A DNA stretch of 64,000 nucleotides, taken from positions 96,001 to 160,000 of the IMG/VR virus record IMGVR_UViG_3300021426_000063; one strand, 5' to 3'. The translations under genes were made by a program, and so were the position numbers. The notes under the pieces are model-generated. The model saw only the letters and a list, made by a program, of their open reading frames with translations, did not search any database and was not told the origin of the DNA. This DNA is from a virus (Duplodnaviria; Caudoviricetes). Positions 59,223 to 64,000 of this stretch are shown in pieces (the first letter of the stretch is position 1; every line of letters starts with the position of its first letter).

Positions 59223-61056
59223 ATTGTGGATTTCCTTCTCCTTGTGGTTGTTCACCTGTATTCTTATACAGTTCCTCTGAAATCTTATACCAGGATTGAG
59301 CAAGGATTTCCATACAAGACTTACAAGCATCAACATCCTTCTGTTCATAAGCATCCTTCAATGCTGTGAGACCATTCTCAAGTTCAGATTTCTGTTCATT
59401 TGTAATTTTGTCTCCATACTCTTCAATCTGTTTCTCTGTTCTGAAGATTGTTCCTTCCGCTGCATTGAGAGTCTGAACCCTTTCAAGTTCCTTCTTGTCG
59501 GCCTCAGCATTTGCTTCAGCTTCCTTTTTCATCCTCTCAATCTCTGCATCACTCAAACCAGAACTACCTTCAATCCTGATTGACTGCTGTTTGCCTGTAC
59601 CCTTATCCTTTGCAGATACAGAAAGGATACCATTGGCATCAATATCAAAGGTAACTTCGATCTGAGGAACACCCTTCCTGGCAGGAACAATACCATCAAG
59701 ATGGAAGATACCAAGCTGCTTGTTATCCTTTGCCATTGGTCTTTCACCCTGGAGAACTCTGACCTCAACACTTGGTTGATTATCAGCAGCAGTGGTGAAC
59801 ACCTCTGTCTTTGTAACAGGAATGGTTGTATTAGCTTCAATGAGCTTGGTAAACACACCACCAAGAGTCTCAATACCAAGAGATAGTGGAGTAACATCCA
59901 AAAGAAGAATGTCATTCATACCTTTCTCACCAGCAAGGATAGCTCCCTGAATGGCAGCACCAGTTGCAACAGCCTCATCAGGATTGACAGACTTATTAGG
60001 AGTCTTACCAAAGATTTTTGCAATTGCATCCTGTACAGCAGGAATCCTGGTGGATCCACCAACAAGAATGACCTCATCAACCTCTGATGTCTTTACCTTT
60101 GACTTCTTCACACAAGAATTACACTTGTCAACAATCCTCTTGATAAGAGAATCAGACATCTGTTCAAACTTTGCCCTGGTCAATGTCTTCACAAGATGGA
60201 TAGGTTTGTTATCAACATTTGCAATATAAGGAAGATTGATGTCAGTACTTGTAGAAGTAGAGAGTTCAATTTTGGCCTTTTCTGCATCAGCCTTCAATCT
60301 CTGCATTGCCATAGGATCACCAGTAAGGTCAACACCATAATCTGCCTTTGCTTCACTTACCAACCAGTCAATGATGACCTGGTCAAAATCATCACCACCA
60401 AGATGTGTATCACCATCAGTAGCCTTTACCTCAAAGACACCATCAGCAATCTCCAACATAGTGAAGTCAGAAGTACCACAACCAATATCAGTCACAATGA
60501 TCTTCTGTTCTTTCTCTGTGTTGATACCATAAGCAAGAGCAGCTGCAGTTGGTTCATTGATAACCCTGACCACATTAAGACCAGCAATCTCGCCGGCATT
60601 CTTAACAGCCTGTCTTGCTGTGTCATCATAATAAGCCGGACAGGTGATGACAGCATCCTTCACTTCCTCACCAAGATAATCCTCTGCAATCTTCTTCATC
60701 TTCTGAAGAATCATAGCAGACAATTCCTCCGGTGAATAGAGTTTACCATTGATATCAACACGGGGCATATCATTTGGACCCTGTACAACCTTGTACTGTG
60801 CCCTCTTGACCTCATCTGTTACATTACTATACTTCTCACCCATAAACCTTTTGATGAATGATACAGTCTCCTGTGGCAACATAATTGCCTGTCTCTTGGC
60901 TGCATCACCAACCTTGATTTCATCCTTTGAGAATGAGATGACAGAAGGTGTAGTTGCCTTACCTTCTGAATTGATAATTACTTTTGGCTGGCCTCCCTCC
61001 ATTACAGCAACACAGGAAAAACCAGTACCTAAATCAATACCTACAATTTTACCCAT
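59221..61056 (-). CDS. dnaK: Chaperone DnaK (Hsp70)
   Basis: [67 protein letters not shown]; promoter 61134-61144. Confidence 0.97.
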   Translation of the reverse strand: MGKIVGIDLGTGFSCVAVMEGGQPKVIINSEGKATTPSVISFSKDEIKVGDAAKRQAIMLPQETVSFIKRFMGEKYSNVTDEVKRAQYKVVQGPNDMPRVDINGKLYSPEELSAMILQKMKKIAEDYLGEEVKDAVITCPAYYDDTARQAVKNAGEIAGLNVVRVINEPTAAALAYGINTEKEQKIIVTDIGCGTSDFTMLEIADGVFEVKATDGDTHLGGDDFDQVIIDWLVSEAKADYGVDLTGDPMAMQRLKADAEKAKIELSTSTSTDINLPYIANVDNKPIHLVKTLTRAKFEQMSDSLIKRIVDKCNSCVKKSKVKTSEVDEVILVGGSTRIPAVQDAIAKIFGKTPNKSVNPDEAVATGAAIQGAILAGEKGMNDILLLDVTPLSLGIETLGGVFTKLIEANTTIPVTKTEVFTTAADNQPSVEVRVLQGERPMAKDNKQLGIFHLDGIVPARKGVPQIEVTFDIDANGILSVSAKDKGTGKQQSIRIEGSSGLSDAEIERMKKEAEANAEADKKELERVQTLNAAEGTIFRTEKQIEEYGDKITNEQKSELENGLTALKDAYEQKDVDACKSCMEILAQSWYKISEELYKNTGEQPQGEGNPQ

Positions 61057-61153
61057 AACTTAATTAAACTTTTTTATTTTTATAACTCTTAAGTCTCCAT
61101 ACAGATGAAGACTTGCAGTTTTTGTCAACTATAAATATAACAAAAAGTGAAGA

Positions 61154-61849
61154 CTATTCCTCTTCACTTTTTTCTTTTTTATCTTTGTCCTTATCTTTAT
61201 CCTTTTCTTTTTCTTCCTTTTCTGGTTCTTCTTCAGATTTTTCTTTCTCTTTATCCTTGTGTTTAATCTTTTCTATCTTCTCATCATCCTCTTTCCTTTC
61301 CTTCTTCTCATCCTCTGATTCATCATAGATAGGACTCTTGTACTCATGTTCTTCCTCATCCTCTGATTCTTTCTTCTTTGAAACAGATTTCTTTACTTCT
61401 TCCTCCTTCTCTTCTTCCTTCTCAATAGGTTTTGTCTTCTTTATTTCTTCATCCTCATCTTCTGTCTTGACAGGTTTTGATACTGGTTTAGAAACAGATT
61501 TTGTTGCTTTAGGAGTAGCAGATGGATCAACAGGCTTGATATTAAGAATCTTGATGAATGAATATGACCTGAAACTTCTCCACCCTTCCTTATCCAAATC
61601 ATAGTAAACCATCTGTTTCTCTGGTCTTGGACCACCACCCTTCAATGGTGGAAGATAATCTGGATGAAGAGTACCATGTGCAGTTCTTATTTCTCCATTT
61701 CTTTTCTTGAACTTGAATGTAATGATATTATCACGGAGTTCTCTTCTCATCCTTTTCCTGGCTGGCATATTGAGAACACCATGTACATCCTTCTTGAGTT
61801 TCTTCAAGCTGGATTCATTAATAATATAACTTCCAAAATCTAATATCAT
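61154..61849 (-). CDS. WYL_2/DUF2693-like Sm/SH3 domain protein with capsid-targeting-like leader and K/E-rich tail
   Basis: MILDFGSYIINES; FKFKKRNGEIRTAHGTL...YYDLDKEGWRSFR; ends KSEEE. Confidence 0.7.
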   Translation of the reverse strand: MILDFGSYIINESSLKKLKKDVHGVLNMPARKRMRRELRDNIITFKFKKRNGEIRTAHGTLHPDYLPPLKGGGPRPEKQMVYYDLDKEGWRSFRSYSFIKILNIKPVDPSATPKATKSVSKPVSKPVKTEDEDEEIKKTKPIEKEEEKEEEVKKSVSKKKESEDEEEHEYKSPIYDESEDEKKERKEDDEKIEKIKHKDKEKEKSEEEPEKEEKEKDKDKDKDKKEKSEEE

Positions 61850-61850
61850 A

Positions 61851-63158
61851 TTATCTTGTTCTGTATATATAATATGTGATATAATCTATTCTCTCTTCCC
61901 TTTCCACATTATCATATCCGGCAATAATTGATTCTGGACCATCTGATTCTATAATCTTTTCTGCAAGTTTCCTTTTATCAATATATGATTCTATACCATC
62001 ATATCCAAAATTAGAAATGTATTCATCAATATAGTCATTAATGTTATCTATATATTTTTCAACATATGCATCTTTATAATCATTATAATCAAACTTCGGT
62101 TGTGAATGGTCTATATCTCCATCCTCATCAACTTCAAAATAATCTTCTGTATCCTCAATAATTTTCCTCCTTATCAACTCATCAATGGCATCATCCTCAT
62201 CTAAATCATCATAATAAGATTCCTGACTCTCCTTAAGGTCTTCCTTTATTTGATTTTCATCAAGGAAGTCGTCACCAAGTACTCTCCTATATCTCTCAAC
62301 ACCTTCCTTTGTGAAAACTTCAGAATCAAGAAAATCCTCCTCATATTCTTTAGCATCTTCTATTGCCCAGTCTCTATCCTCATAAACTGAAAATTCACAC
62401 CATTGATTTAGGTTGAAATCAACAGAATGATTCTTAACTTTTACATTAAGTCCATTAAGATAATCATTATCCCATTCATCTTGGTTCATAATAGCTCTCA
62501 ATGAACCAAAATCATTGATACTTCTAATTGTAGAATCTGCCTCAAAACATCTCACCATATTTACAGGATCTTCTAAATCTTCATCATACTTATAATAAAC
62601 ATCTGTCTTACCATCTGATATGACTGAAACATAAGTAGGTTCATCTCCAGATTCATTAAAGATATAAATATTACTACCATCAAAATCAACAAGATCACCA
62701 TCTGCAAATGCTTCATTTGAAAGTATAAGTCTTGTTCCATCTTCAAGTGTACCAATTATTCTTCCTTCATCACTTCTTATCTGTTCACCAGAACCTCTTC
62801 TCATCATATCACCCCAGGCAGATTCTCCAATAAAATCAGTACAACTCTTTATCACATTCTCTTTCATTACATATCCTTTCAGGAAGTAATGGAAATCAGA
62901 ATACTTATTGTATCTACCAAGAAGTCTTATGACCCTGTCTGAAATAATCCTGGCATCCCTCATATCATAAAGATTGAGTTTATCATTATCAAAACTTCCA
63001 AAGAGTTTAGTAATAGTCTCATTCCTTTCAATGATATACTTGATATTGTTTTTCTTGTCATCAACAATCAATCCACCACCTTGTGATTGAGCAAAATAAA
63101 TATCTTCATTCTTCTTTGGTCTCATTGTACCAGTCTTATGGTCAAATTCAAATTTCAT
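61851..63158 (-). CDS. Acidic protein with internal SAWGD motif
   Basis: Start MKFEFDHK; IKSCTDFIGE-SAWGDMMRRGSGE (motif 62784-62825); late promoter 63178-63186. Confidence 0.7.
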   Translation of the reverse strand: MKFEFDHKTGTMRPKKNEDIYFAQSQGGGLIVDDKKNNIKYIIERNETITKLFGSFDNDKLNLYDMRDARIISDRVIRLLGRYNKYSDFHYFLKGYVMKENVIKSCTDFIGESAWGDMMRRGSGEQIRSDEGRIIGTLEDGTRLILSNEAFADGDLVDFDGSNIYIFNESGDEPTYVSVISDGKTDVYYKYDEDLEDPVNMVRCFEADSTIRSINDFGSLRAIMNQDEWDNDYLNGLNVKVKNHSVDFNLNQWCEFSVYEDRDWAIEDAKEYEEDFLDSEVFTKEGVERYRRVLGDDFLDENQIKEDLKESQESYYDDLDEDDAIDELIRRKIIEDTEDYFEVDEDGDIDHSQPKFDYNDYKDAYVEKYIDNINDYIDEYISNFGYDGIESYIDKRKLAEKIIESDGPESIIAGYDNVEREERIDYITYYIYRTR

Positions 63159-63177
63159 AATAAAAAACTTTATAGAA

Positions 63178-63199
63178 TATTTATGACTACACATAAATA
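63178..63199. promoter_or_regulatory. Back-to-back late promoters
   Basis: tatttatga 63178-63186 (-) and cataaata 63192-63199 (+). Confidence 0.65.
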
Positions 63200-63204
63200 A
63201 TAAT

Positions 63205-64000
63205 ATGGAAAACATACTTGATTTTAATAATTATATTCTTGAATCAAAGAGTATTTATAAATTAGATAATGAGACTAAATCCAAACTTCTGGTCTTGGAT
63301 GAGAAGTATCATAAACTTATAGAAAAATTCCGTACGAAATATGTTGCACAGACTGTCAGTAACATCAAGGAAGAGTTTAACAAGTTTATGAATGCCAAAA
63401 ACCTTGGCCAGAAATATTATCCACAATTGGAAATAAAAAACTCTGAATATGATCAGAAGTTATATGATGGATTCCTTAATCTTATTGATGAGTTTGAAAA
63501 AATCAAAGACAGTTGTTATATTGCAAAGTTTTATCTTGAAAAACTCCATTCAATGAAAGGAAGTCTTGAGACCAGACAACATCTTGAAAATGGGGATTAT
63601 GAACCAGGAGAAAACCCGGTTGACAAAGAACTCTATAAAGAAGCTCTTAAATGTATAAAAGAACATCCATATAAGAAACCAGACTTCAAGGAAGATAGAA
63701 CAAATGACAGTGACACAGTATTAGAAGCAATTGAAGATGCATTGGATGAACTTGGATATGACTTTGATGTCCAGATAGACACAGGTATGCTCCCAAGAAT
63801 GAATGTTAAGATGGGTAGGGTAAATATAAATAAGGCAGCCAAGTTTTCTGATGAAGACATTGAAGGACTTATTGCCCATGAAATCAAAGGACATGTCGGT
63901 AGAAGATACTATGGAAAGAAGACTGGACTTTGGTTGTTTGCATATGGTACACAATCCAGTTCAACATATGATGAAGGTCTTGCAGTTTGGAATAGTTTAA
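63205..64000 (+). CDS. DUF1704/MATCAP-like (QEGLA-motif) zinc carboxypeptidase, partial
   Basis: Not in ORF track; MENILDFNNYILES... GLIAHEIKGHVGRR (HExxxH) ... YDEGLAVW, open to the window end. Confidence 0.75.
   Translation, partial: MENILDFNNYILESKSIYKLDNETKSKLLVLDEKYHKLIEKFRTKYVAQTVSNIKEEFNKFMNAKNLGQKYYPQLEIKNSEYDQKLYDGFLNLIDEFEKIKDSCYIAKFYLEKLHSMKGSLETRQHLENGDYEPGENPVDKELYKEALKCIKEHPYKKPDFKEDRTNDSDTVLEAIEDALDELGYDFDVQIDTGMLPRMNVKMGRVNINKAAKFSDEDIEGLIAHEIKGHVGRRYYGKKTGLWLFAYGTQSSSTYDEGLAVWNSL

Noticed and set aside
59221-61056. Bacterial chromosomal origin suggested by dnaK, metK and S1
   Set aside because: These genes are embedded among T4-like replication and structural genes and carry the same phage promoter motifs.
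1-64000. Stop-codon reassignment (TAG to Gln) as in Lak megaphages
   Set aside because: Conserved genes (pol, dnaK, SSB) are full length in the standard code, and the TAG at 42163-42165 is followed directly by a terminator. TAG is rare, but no recoding is evident.
1-64000. tRNA, rRNA or other ncRNA genes
   Set aside because: Intergenic gaps are short and filled by terminators and promoters; no cloverleaf or rRNA-like sequence recognised by eye (tRNAscan/Infernal not run).

Overview
A 64-kb, AT-rich, gene-dense segment of a large T4-like (myovirus-type) jumbo phage genome, most likely infecting a Bacteroidota host. Host evidence: a Bacteroidota-type TTTG-N20-TATATTTG promoter, a DUF4494-like protein, a Bacteroidales-type OmpA domain and VDLGLSVxWA-type domains. 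Replication/recombination genes: family B DNA polymerase, probable sliding clamp, gp32-like SSB, gp47/Mre11-like nuclease, 5'-3' exonuclease, RuvC-like and PD-(D/E)XK nucleases. Two sigma factors (sigma70-like and gp55-like). Morphogenesis genes: gp4, gp6, gp14, gp15, gp16, gp25, gp26/gp51-like, tube-like and tape-measure-like. Host-like genes: DnaK, GroES-like, MetK, an S1-domain protein, a RimK-like ligase and a DUF1704 peptidase. The most striking unexplained signal is a 20-aa motif, E|SAWGDMMRRGSGExxRxED, in 11 copies across 6 genes. It follows either a T4-like capsid-targeting leader or an internal prohead-protease-like site and heads different cargo domains, including a five-module polyprotein. 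This suggests a tagged, protease-matured family of virion-internal (injected) proteins. Three distinct promoter motifs suggest an early-middle-late sigma cascade. All product calls come from motif recognition by eye; no database searches were run.
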